This document shows positions 21,317-33,112 of a DNA stretch of 64,000 nucleotides, in pieces (position 1 is the first letter of the stretch; every line of letters starts with the position of its first letter). The stretch is from assembly GCA_040954595.2 (NCBI GenBank), contig CM082585.2, positions 2,696,902 through 2,760,901 of the forward strand, in the 5' to 3' direction. The stretch is from Balanoglossus misakiensis. Its lineage: Eukaryota > Animalia > Hemichordata. Both the position numbers and the translations under genes were made by a program. The notes beneath the pieces were generated by a model. That model did not search any database and was not told the DNA's origin. It saw only the letters and a list, made by a program, of their open reading frames with translations.

Positions 21317-24300
21317 CAGGCCCTCCATAGACATTATGAGTAGAGCATCCAAACCCCAAGTAAAGCACGTGTTAAACACATAGTGTGACATCCAGCCTAC
21401 TAAGTACAGCCGAAAATGCTTTATAGTGGAGCATAGTTCTGTATAGTTTTACGTCTGATTCTTTCAAGCGTGACATCCAATATACACATTTTCGCCACTA
21501 GGGGCGCCCCGCGTCCGCCATTGCCGTTTGGAAAGTTGTCGCAGGTAAGCGATTTTCTGCTCTTTATACCTAGTCAGAAACCTTTTCGCATTTAAGACTA
21601 TGATCAACGAACAACTATTATAACAAAGCGCCACCGTGTAAAGTTTCGATACACTAGTCGCAGTAGTTTTTTCAGAGATCTTCGCCAAAATTTGATTTAC
21701 CGTGTGCATGCGGTATACTTTCCTATACTGTACACAGTAAACACTGGAACGCAGTCGTACCTCGTATTACGTTTTTCTTCTCTTTATACCTAGTCGGAAA
21801 CCTTTTCGCATTTAAGACTATGATCAACGAAGAACTATTATAACAAAGCGCCACCGTGTAAAGTTTCGATACACTAGTTGCGGTAGTTTTTTCAGAGATC
21901 TTCGCCAAAATTTGATTTACAGTGTGCATGTGGTATACTTTCCTATACTGTACACAGTAAGTAAACACTGGAACGCAGTCGTACCTCGTATTACATTTCC
22001 GTTTGTACACTCGCACGGTGCATTTCTAAATCACTTCGACAAAATTTGGAAACCGTGTGAATTCCTACATGCATTGGCCGGTGTACGATGCACAGGAAAA
22101 TGCAGTTCACTGAATGTCTCACATCACAAGCCGCCCACATGATTTCCCTTTGCACATCAATTATGTAGCATTACAGAGTACAGACAAGATGTACATTTGT
22201 ATATTAAATACTTTTAGACAACAGAGGACGAAAGGAAGAAAAAAGCAAAGGTTTTCCGCCTTTCTCCACAAATGCAAAATTACAAAATTATACCTTCAAG
22301 CCTTTTTATGCATAGTTTGCTGTCACTGACTGTTGATCTTTCTCTCAATTGTTTCTATTTTAGGATCATCTGTTTGACATTGAAAATAGGAGGAGGACTG
22401 CCAAACACAAACCCATTGGTTTGTCAGACCAGCATGCTACATCAAAGTTAATGAACGAACACTGGCAGTATACAGGATGAACAGTAATGCAACATAAACT
22501 TAAAGATGTATGGATTTGGAAAATTGAAAGAATTGTCATCTTTCACTTGCAAATGTTTAACTTCTCTGTAATACTTTAGTATTATCAAAATTTGTAATAA
22601 AATTCAGAGGTCAGAGTGCAAGTTATTGAAATATGAGGCAGTGAATTTAACTGACAAGGCCAGGAAAAAAAAATTAATAGTTCATTGGAATTTTTTTCTT
22701 TGAGAGAATTGGTTTTGCTAGATGGGCGTTTGGATAGTTGTATTATCTATAGCTTGTAGACACCATTTGTTGTTTGGAAATGTTTGTTTTGCTGCACACA
22801 ATTCACCCTTTTGGGAAAAAATTACAATCTCTCAATGTTTCTGAAGCCTGACCAAAACATCTGATGAACAAGATTTTTATTTCTCAGTTCTGATAAGAAA
22901 AATAGTCAGAATTCTTTTAACCAGTGGTTTTTCTATCTTTGAAAACATCCAGTTTATCTCCAAATTAAGTGTGCTGACCATGTAGTTTTATTTGAACAGT
23001 GAATGTAATTGTCCTGGTTAATGTGTGTGCAAAATTTTAAGAAAATGACAAGTAGGTTTTTTTTAGCAACTTTTAGTGTATTCCTGTGGGAAGAGTCAAG
23101 TTGGCACGCACATGCTTATAAGCCAGCATATCACACCCAAGTAGAAAGAACATTTCTGAACATTGGTTTACCATTTGTGCAGACTGTATATAATAAACAA
23201 TGTTTGACTGAATATATCTTAGGTCATTGAATACTGGGACCACACAGTCAGTTCACACCCATCATGGTGTTTTGTCAAGTAAACTGTCTCTTTAAAGCCC
23301 AGTAACAGCCACTTTTCAGGACCTTTTTCACTGTTTTTGTATCAATTGAAAATTCTTGTTCTCCCCTCAAAAACATGTTTATTCAAACAGTATTCAGCTT
23401 GTAAACTTGTATACTGCATTGTTATTGTTGACAAGAATGTCAGCAATAACTGCAGTTTCCATGTATAGACATTAAATTGCAAAGTTCAATATTGGGTATT
23501 ATATTATACCAGTATATTGATGGTGTAAATCACGCTATTTGATTGGTCGAGACACGAAACGTGACCGTGATATATTAGCAATATACCACAGTCATATATC
23601 ATAGTCAAAGAAAATGCCTTTTTAAAATGTTTTATGCAAAGTTTCAATATACTGGCATAATATAATAGCAATAAAACACCCCCGGCCATGGTATACCACT
23701 CGATTTTGACCAGTTCAACTCCATATACGCACTCCCTATTGCTCGTGCATATATGTCATGAACTGGTCAAAATCTCGTGGTATACCATGGCTGGGGGTGT
23801 TTCATTGCTTAATTTGAACATGCTATCAGGAACCAAATGAGAATTTGTAATTGACACAAAAAATAAACACAAATACTGAAAAAAATCACCAAAAGTGGCT
23901 GATTCTTGGGCTTTTATGTAATTTCACATTACCATTGGCAAAACACTTTTCTTATGCTTCCGAAAGCAGCTTTATAATAAAAACATAACAATCATGAAAG
24001 AAGAACAAAGCAGATTTTGATAAACACAAAACTTTAATGACTACTGCGTCATGATTATAAACATCCTTATGCAATAAAAATATGAATAAAAACAAGTCCA
24101 AATGGTGTTTATTGATTACTATGCTGAATGAATCCCAAGTCAGAGCTATTAGGCTGAAGCCTACAAAAGCCAGTTTACAATATCCCTATAAAGATGAAAG
24201 ACCCATCAATACTTTGTCATGGTAACACAAGGCAGCTGATACAGAACTGAGCATCTTAAATGTACTTGTACTTGCATGTACAAATGAGAGCTATCATTAG

Positions 24301-25629
24301 AGTGGACAAGCAGGTGAGACTTAGTCTTGTACACACTCTTAACACCAAAGGTCTTTCCATATTTATTGCATGTAAATTTGGCAATATGGAATGATCTGTG
24401 ATGCTGTTGCATGCCCAACTTCGAAGGATATTTTTTCCCCCACAAATATGACATAGGTGAATTTCATCTTAGTGTTTAGCTTCATGCCATTTCATACCAA
24501 GATAAGATTAGCAGAAAATCCACAAACTTGCGGCGCACAAAACCTCTCTTTGTATGTGAAGATTTATGTTCATCAAGCCTCACCCTCTCATGAAAACCTT
24601 TACCACAAAAAGAACACCAGTATGGGAAGGTATTTGTATGTACTCTGAAATGTTTGCATAGTCCAGTACAAGTCTTAAATGTCTTTTGGCACACATTGCA
24701 GACTTTTTGCATAGTTCAGGGATTGGCTGCTCTGCCACTATCCACAGAATGGCTTGCCTGGAAAAGAAAGAAAAAACATAAAGCATCACTTACTATCATA
24801 TGGTACTCATCACAGGCGTGATGTGGAATGGGTAACTGTGTACCAAATTTACGTTCTTCGACGTTGTGTAATTTGTAAATAACAGGACGTCAAGGAACAC
24901 ACTGTTGCCTCACTATCAAATCCACAGGTGCTCGTGGACTTGTGCTGTCACAGGGGAGAGCGAATGGGGGGATCTGCTAGGAGCGATTTCCTTCGCTCCC
25001 ATTCGCTCTCCCCTGTGACAGCACACGTCCACGAGCACCTGTGATCAAATCCACATAACGGATCACGCCGAGCACTTATGGACACCGGCCAATGCATGTA
25101 GGAATTCACACGGTTTCCAAATTTTGTCGAAGTGATTTAGAAATGCACCGTGCGAGTGTACAAACGGAAATGTAATACGAGGTACGACTGCGTTCCAGTG
25201 TTTACTTACTGTGTACAGTATAGGAAAGTATACCACATGCACACTGTAAATCAAATTTTGGCGAAGATCTCTGAAAAAACTACCGCAACTAGTGTATCGA
25301 AACTTTACACGGTGGTGCTTTGTTATAATAGTTGTTCGTTGATCATAGTCTTAAATGCGAAAAGGTTTCCGACTAGGTATAAAGAGAAGAAAATCGCTTA
25401 CCTGCGACAACTTTCCAAACGGCAATGGCGGACGCGGGGCGCCCCTAGTGGCGAAAATCTGTATATTGGATGTCACGCTTGAAAGAATCAGACGTAAAAC
25501 TATACAGAACTATGCTCCACTATAAAGCATTTTCGGCTGTACTTAGTAGGCTGGATGTCACACTATGTGTTTAACACGTGCTTTACTTGGGGTTTGGATG
25601 CTCTACACATAATGTCTATGGAGGGCCTG
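21317..25629. mobile_element. Long-TIR DNA transposon, copy B (inverted relative to copy A)
   Basis: Same CAGG termini. TSD aaata (21312-21316 and 25630-25634). Interior is the reverse complement of 10060-13055. Right arm is ~220 bp shorter. Confidence 0.93.
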
Positions 25630-25776
25630 AAATATATAATACTGTATTTCATAAGTAACCTGAATGGATCCTGCCCACGTCACAAGTAACCCGAATGAAT
25701 CCTGCCCACGCCTATAGCCCAAGGCCTCATATTCTGCACTTTAAGCTTTTTTGCTATCAATATTTTTTCTTGACAG

Positions 25777-25928
25777 GTGACGAACTTGGTAACAATGGCA
25801 ACACTTTCATGGTTCTAGTCCTATGCTTTATCGCTGCATATCTGGCTGTGCATATTGTGTTGGTCCTCGGGATTTCGCGTTTTGTAAGAAACCTAGACCC
25901 CGCTCCGAAGTTGCAAAATGACACATAG
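25777..25928 (+). CDS. Terminal exon encoding a transmembrane helix and short tail (..TFMVLVLCFIAAYLAVHIVLVLGISRFVRNLDPAPKLQNDT*)
   Basis: ttttttcttgacag| acceptor in phase 1, matching the donor at 20966. ~23 hydrophobic residues followed by basic residues. AATAAA at ~26072. Confidence 0.6.
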
Positions 25929-27324
25929 AATACTGTTCTGGCTTTGAGCTTTATCCATGTTATTGACTCAATGACCAAATGCAAAATATTATTTATGATT
26001 GCTGGTTAGGTTTTTCTTACAGTAAGCGCAACACTGTCGCTTTATTACATTTAATAATTAAGATTAAGCTAAATAAATAAAGTCTGCATTTAAACCGTAT
26101 TTGAATTGAATTGTAACTACATTTATTTTTGAACAAATGTGGCACAGGTGTATTAATTATCGCAGGTTTCCAATGTCTTGAGGACATATTCACTATAGAT
26201 CTAGGTAGTTATTATGTGCACATGCGTACATTCAACTACTGGAGGATATCTTTTTGGACTAACTGTAATACCTGTGCTGTATTGTGTTGTGTTTGTCTGT
26301 ACAATGTGCCACATAAATGTGATAATTGATTGAATATATTTGGAATATGGATGGATATGATCGGAATTATTTGATTAAAATTAGTGTTAGTTTAATAAAC
26401 GTATATACTTTAGTTCGCTATGACTTCAAACCTGTGTTGTTGTTGTTTTTTCCTGGAACGGAATTCGAAATACCGCCCATGGCAGCAGTTGATGGTTGTG
26501 AGGTAATTGCAATAGTTTTGTTTGTCCCCATGGCCATGTTCCAGTGGGGCGTACAAATTTCGGTCTGTCCTTCCTTCACATGCGGAGATGAATTTCATTC
26601 AAATCTTGCAACACAAATGTCTATAGTGATGCATGTTTATCATGAATGTCAGAGTAAACACGACGGATGTTAATGAGACAGCTGTTTTGCCTGGAGATTT
26701 AACTATTTATGCAGATGTGGCGATGGTTTCATAGCCAGGCGCTCAATAGACGATGTTGATTCGGATAGTGATGAAGAACATTCCTCTCAGATTAAAAATG
26801 TGAAGCAGTTGAGTCTGAAGACGAATTTACAGAACTGCAAACTTCCTCGGATGAGAACACATTACTTAAAATAAGATGCAAAAGTAATTAATGCAACCAT
26901 CAATATGAGTAAGGCTATTCACGAAAATATCTCGGTCAATGTCAATGTTATTCTTAACTCAGGTCCTAAGCATACTGAGTGGAGAGTGATTCTGATCAAA
27001 GTGTTTCCACTCATTTCATGAACAAAATACTGAATCTGAACAAACGCCCCGGTTACAATCTCTTAACGTACCGATATAACTGATTGCTTTTCTTCATAAT
27101 ATAAGGTCACTCAAAAATCTTGTCAGTATCATCGTCTGTGCATTGGAGCAAAAGAAGTCAGGCATGGAGCTGCTTGAAGAAAACCTTCTGCTGGACCCGT
27201 CCTTCCACACCAACGTCCTCTGTGAAGATACCACCCAATCAGAGAAGTACTAGACTTATTATTTTGTGCTGCAGAAATCTGCACTTATGTCCGTCGAAAA
27301 TACATTCACCGAAGCGAACCAAGC

Positions 27325-27900
27325 AGGCATATGCCTCTAGCTCCCTATCTAGACGCTTTTAAGGGGAAACTGCAGACTTACTTGTTTAAGGATGTACGCG
27401 CAGAACATAAACCGGAAACACTGCGCGCCCGGTCTTTTTCCCATAGGATTACATTGATAATCGCCAGAAAACAAACTTCTACTATTGTCATTTTCACGAA
27501 ATCTTACACATAGCTCAGTCCAGCAAATATAAATTCATTGGTCAAATAAAATATAGGGGTCACCGCGCTCTATTTTGAGATAAATTGCGTTAAAAAAATT
27601 GCCCATAGACAAACCATTGGTGAAAAATGCTGAGTCAGCAGATTTCTTCTATTATCGACCAAATTCATGGCTCTGTATTTCAAAAACAAGCGCGGTGACC
27701 CCTATATTTTATTACGGATTTTCATTATACAAACAAAGGAGAATAAAAAAATCCACAATTAAAAAAATGACAATACTTTCAATTTTACTGAACGTACATC
27801 CTTAAAAAAGCCTACAGTGTGTGAACAACCATCGGGCGCCACTGAACCGTACTCTGGATATTGGCGCCATATAAATGTTTTCGATTGATTGATTGACTGA
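27325..27900 (+). mobile_element. L2-like LINE 3' fragment
   Basis: LDAFKGKLQTYLFK|KAY ORF2 C-terminal motif (split by a MITE), then a ggcgccatataaat..(gatt)n tail. Confidence 0.65.
27390..27801. mobile_element. TTAA-target MITE, Kolobok-like
   Basis: ttaa|ggatgtacg ... cgtacatcc|ttaa. Purine-purine terminus. Internal IR aaaatataggggtcaccgcgct / agcgcggtgacccctatatttt. Confidence 0.75.
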
Positions 27901-29938
27901 TAGCTCCCATTACAGATATTTCAAAAAGTACACCATGTACTCCATCAGGCAGTAAGGTCAATTTGGATGAGTTTTACGATCAACAGTATCCAAATTATAT
28001 ATTTTCCACTAGCTGCCAAACTCAAAATAAAGTACACGTAAGGAAAATTAAATACAATTACAATTAAATAAAGTTAATTTAATTAATGACATGTTATACT
28101 ACATTTACTCAATAGTTCAGTCATGCTGTGTGTTTTGGCGAAAGTTTTCTTTTTACTTTATTTTTATGTCAAGAGATTGTCAACCTTATAAGTTTGCAAA
28201 GATTTTACTAATGAAAAAAATCTTAAAAGCTAAAGGATTCTTTTTTTCACCATCTTGTTATTAAACATGTATATCTTATAGTAAGTAATTTTGCAGAAGT
28301 TTTGTCAGTTCGTACAATGATCGATGAAAAAAATAAATAAAACAGAACTGAATTTGGATTGAGATTGCTCGGGCACATGGATGAAATAGTAGCAGACAAA
28401 ATTAATTCTTAAATCTGAAGAAATATGTGGGATGTTTTTTAATGTAGTGCAATAATTTGTGCAAAATCAAGGCATGTAATAAGATGGCATTATATGAGTC
28501 TTTCAGTGCTGGTACTGATTATCAAATGCAACAGGCACCCGAAACTCAGTGTGACCCCACTCAACACAAACACTTTTATGGTGATGTTACTCAGGCCATG
28601 TCCAATGTATCAACAATCTGCTGTAAAAAGCAAGACCTGCAAGGCTATGCACTTATAGTCTAGTCTATGTACGAGATTTGGGCACCTAACCCACCACAAA
28701 TTGCAACAGAATTTTGTCTTCAGAATATATTTCGGAGAGGTGTCTAGAACAACATATCAAAAATGCACCCAAATCCACCTTGTGGAAATATGTCTAATTT
28801 GCATAAATGTAATATTGACATTTTTTGGGCCAAATATCAAAAAAATAAACATGATTTTTTCCATGATTTTAAAGTTTAAAAATATGTCATGTTCATGAAG
28901 AAACATTTTGGAATAATATTTGACATGGGCAGTTTTCATAATTTGCATAAATTCAATATGGTGAACAGTATTCTTAAAAAAACATATTTGGGCAGTTAAC
29001 GGGTAATACACAAGCAATTTTAGTATGTTTTATTCAAATCTACCTCTATGACATTTGGAACAATTTTGAAAAAAAATATTTGCATTTGCACTTTATATTT
29101 TGCATAAATCCAATATGGCCGCACAATGAATGTTTGACAGCCTATCATACTCCGACATATATATTAAGGTTCTAGCATACAAAATATGTTGTAGCACTGT
29201 GAATATATACAAAAGAGAATGCAAAATGATTCCAAATTCAAGCATATACTGAAAAAGTAGGTCCAAGTTAAAGCTAATGGAGTAAAAAAATAGTAAGGTA
29301 ACATCTCAGTTTATTTAACAGGTGTTAATCGTGTAACCAATTCGCCAGAATACGTTTCAGCTGATTTTCAAGATTTAGATATATATTGACCTAATTGACT
29401 TCATTGACTTTCCCTATATCACCAGATAAATCATTATGAAGAAAACCATGTGTTTTTTATTTTTTCTAAAAATGACGTTTTTTGGTCAAAAATGGTCCAA
29501 AAGGCAATTTTGTGTTGTTTTGGGTCAATCTGACTGCTTTTTTCGTATTATTCACCAAATTTTACATAATAATAAACATATAATAGGTCATCAGATCTCA
29601 GAATGTGACGAAAACATTGTTTTTTTTTATTTTTTCTAAAAATGACCCTTTTGGGTTAAAAATGGCCAAAATGACTGACTTTTATGGAATCAGCACCATT
29701 TTTTTACATATAATTGACTTCTCAAACCTTCCTTACCAAAAATTCTGATTAACGGCACCTATCTCCTAGGGTAGGAGCTTTATGGTAAATGAGGCTGAAA
29801 GTTTGTTTCTATGTGGAACAGAATATGAGATACTGACTGGGTTTCAAATCAACACCATAGAAAATGAAAATATAAATGACTTATGTGATATGTATGAAAG
29901 CCCGTTAGGGACATTTCGTAAAGCAAAAATTTTTTTTT

Positions 29939-30270
29939 ATCTCGTGAGCACGAGATACTAAGTCGTGGGCACGAGATGCTAAGTCGTGAGCACGAGATAC
30001 TAAGTCGTGAGCGCGAGATACTAAGTCGTGCGCACGAGATACTAAGTCGTGAGCACGAGATACTAAGTCGTGCGCACGAGATACTAAGTCGTGAGAGCAA
30101 GATACTAAGTCGTGAGCGCGAGATACTAAGTCGTGCGCACGAGATGCTAAGTCGTGAGCACGAGATACTAAGTCGTGAGCCCGAGATACTAAGTCGTGCG
30201 CACGAGATACTAAGTCGTGAGCACGAGATACTAAGTCGTGCGCACGAGATAATTATCTCGTGGTCACGAA
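29939..30270. repeat. 21-bp minisatellite (gagatactaagtcgtgagcac)n, ~14-15 copies
   Basis: Direct reading. Each unit has a palindromic core tcgtg(c/a)gcacga. Confidence 0.93.
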
Positions 30271-30617
30271 ATTATATCGCATCTTATTGCAATGAACCTA
30301 AGGAGTCAAAAGCTTAACTGATCAACGCGGGAGGTTACGTGGCCAGAAAGTTTAATTATTATGTACATCACATTCAATGTCACCAGAAAGTCACTGCTAA
30401 ATTTCAGACTAAAGGCTTTCCAGATCTGAGTCTCGAGCATTTCATCACTATGTTTTGAATAGTGGGTAATAGTTCCTTTATATTTCAACATGGGTTTCAA
30501 CTATTGTGTAATGTTGGCTTTGAAAACAAATATCACGATTTTATTCTGAGCTTGTGAAATTTAAAGAGAATATTGTACAAGAATGGATTGTACAGACGAA
30601 AACACCAGTCTTTAAAA

Positions 30618-31730
30618 TCACGGCAAAATAGAAAGCGTGATGGCTAATTTGCGTTTGGGAACTTGATGGTAGGTGTGTGCGATGCCCTGCAAAGTTAAAC
30701 ATAAAGACAGATGGTGAACCACTTGCCCGTCAAAACCATTCAACTCATGTAGCAGGCGAACTGCATTAAGGTAGATTTTCAAGGTACCAACATTTCTAAT
30801 TGTTGCCGATAAACACTGAACGAACAAAGCTAAACTGGTTGTGGAGGCAGGAACTGGCTTCAAACCAATGAAAATGCAAAACAGGAAGTAAGTCTTCCAC
30901 TGCGAGTGAAAATTTGAAATTGTCCCATGTGCATAAGCAGCAGAAATGGTAGAGGTCCACTTTCGGTGGAATATTCTTAATCCTTTGTTGAAGGCTTCTG
31001 CTCCTGTGAAAAATGGAGAAAATACCAGTCATGAGTGAAATTGAATAATGTGCTGTCGACGTACTTTTCTGTCAATTGTTTAGCCCCTGTCAATTCTATG
31101 AATTTGACATGGCTACGATCATCGGTGTCCCAACGGCTGAGTATGTCTGATGTCTGCAATACGATTAGAAGGGCCGCTGACATGTACTGCCTTGATTTGA
31201 AACTGATATTGGGAAGCAACGAACCATATTTCCCTTGCGCATTTTAACATCTCTAGTACGACCGGAGTTAAGGACGTGAACAGTGGCTTCGTTATCACAC
31301 TGAATGATAAATTGTCTGCCCATTAGTTGAGTGGCCCACAGTTTACATGCAACCATTACAGTCAAGAATTCTAGAATGCTGATGTGGTATTCTTTTTCAC
31401 GAATGGTTTGGGGAAATTGGCAATGGAAATACTCATCCAGAAAGGTGCCACCGGCCCCTAGTAAGCATGCATCTGTGGTGAGAAATTGGTCTGGGAACCC
31501 CCAATCCCCAGTGGGTAACATTGATATACCATTGAAATGCTCTAGGTATGAGGTCCACCACAGAATATCTTTTTTGAACTCGGCATTGATATGGAAACGA
31601 TGATGTTGACGTCGCAGCGTGCGCAACTTGTCTAATAACCGTGAGATAAAGACATGCCTGGCCTGACGCAACCTGCCAGAAAGGCCAGTTTACCGATAAG
31701 GGACTGTTGTCTAATTTGCGTCTGTACATT
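30618..31730 (-). mobile_element. Degenerate tyrosine-recombinase retrotransposon fragment (DIRS/Ngaro group): RT end, RNase H, YR N-terminus
   Basis: FISRLLDKLR..DILWW..FNG..TTDAC..GAGG..HISILEFL..QCDNEATV..LNSG (DIRS-type RNase H). PAS..LALFVQCL..TLKIYLNAVRLLH..LQGI..RKLAIT (YR N-terminal domain). Confidence 0.82.
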
Positions 31731-33045
31731 TATTTATACTCTGACAGTGAGCATAATAAGGCAGCGCCTGCTAAGGTCAAGTTGCCACGTACACTTTTAA
31801 TTAGCATAGGTAATGGTCATGATAACTTCATTTTCAGCACTGACAAACTGTGTTATGTGAAATTCATGTCTATTTCGTGTTGATGGCTTGTGTACACAAG
31901 GGTTAACAGCAATCAGCAATTGATTGTATGAAGGGTATGATGATTGGTTTACAAATGTAAATGGTATAATAATGGGCAACATATTTGGAAGGTTTTAATA
32001 AACAATTAACAAATGTGATGATGGATTGTGGTAAAATTGAGTGTACACAGATTATAATGGGCTAAACAATGAGTATAACTATTCTCTTTTATTAGACCGT
32101 TTCCTAGACAACCACATGGGGAGGTACTGTTTAGTTTCTTCTAGTTTCTGCTGTGGCCCACTCATAGTCATGTCAATAGTATTGAATTGCCGACCCAGAA
32201 AAGTCTAAGCAGGAAAGAAAATGCATCAAATCAGTAATTACTGACAACAATGAAATTCTCGCTGACATTACTGATATAATCTCAGAAGCTCATACATTTT
32301 ACTCTAAGCTTTATAACAATGAGCCTTGTGATCTTGCACTTCAAAATACTTCCCTTGGTTACATCACAAATACTGTTTCTGATGAGGAGTGCGCTGCCGC
32401 CGATTCAGAGTTTTCGGTAGAAGAGGTGACTTTTGCCCTCTCTAAATGTATTCATAATAAAAGCCCAGGCGCTGATGGTTTACCGTACGAGTTTTATCTT
32501 CACTTTTGGGAAGATATCAAAGATGATTTGCTTGACATTTTCAACTGTATTTTCTCCAATAACATTCTCCCCGATGAGTGGAAAACTGGGCTTATTACTT
32601 CAATCCCTAAAGCAGACAGTGACCCCCGTTACATTAAAAATTGGCGCCCTATAACCCTCCTCAACTGTGATTACAAAATTATTGCTAAAACACTCGCCAT
32701 AAGGCTCGATAGAATTATGCCCTCAATTGTCAGCCCGGATCAAACTTGCTGTGTCCCAGGTCGTGACATTGTGGACAATGTTTTCTGTATGAGAGATCTC
32801 ATTCATCATGTTGAATCCAGTAACTGTCCAGGTGCCATTCTGAAATTTGATCAGATGAAAGCCTTTGATCGTGTTGATCACAAGTATCTGCTTAACACAC
32901 TGAGGGCGTTCAGGTTCTGTGATATATATTGCCTAAACAATGACGTATGCATTACCCATCATGCCCTTCGATATTGTAGTACACATATTATGGTCTGTAC
33001 TTTCCGAGTATTCTTCAGTGTTAGAGTTTGTCAATAAACATCACA

Positions 33046-33063
33046 TGGTGTCAGAAGTGGGAT
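33046..33063 (+). promoter_or_regulatory. Primer-binding site complementary to the tRNA-Leu 3' end
   Basis: tggtgtcagaagtgggat directly after the 5' LTR. Confidence 0.8.
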
Positions 33064-33112
33064 CGCCATAAAAAAAAAAAACACCCACACGAGCCTCTAC
33101 AATTTCGTCACG

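Noticed and set aside
26326-26900. Possible DDE transposase remnant (AAVDGCE, LPGDLTIYAD)
   Set aside because: Motifs are too weak and fragmented, and no TIRs were found. It would need a BLASTx hit to support.
28660-29790. AT-rich stretch resembling a DNA-transposon interior starting tagtctatgtacgag
   Set aside because: I could not find a matching opposite terminus or TSD.
29939-30270. CRISPR-like array, or real proteins from the (EILSREH)n / (RLSISCS)n ORFs
   Set aside because: Units abut with no unique spacers and the context is eukaryotic. The ORFs are a by-product of a stop-free 21-bp repeat.
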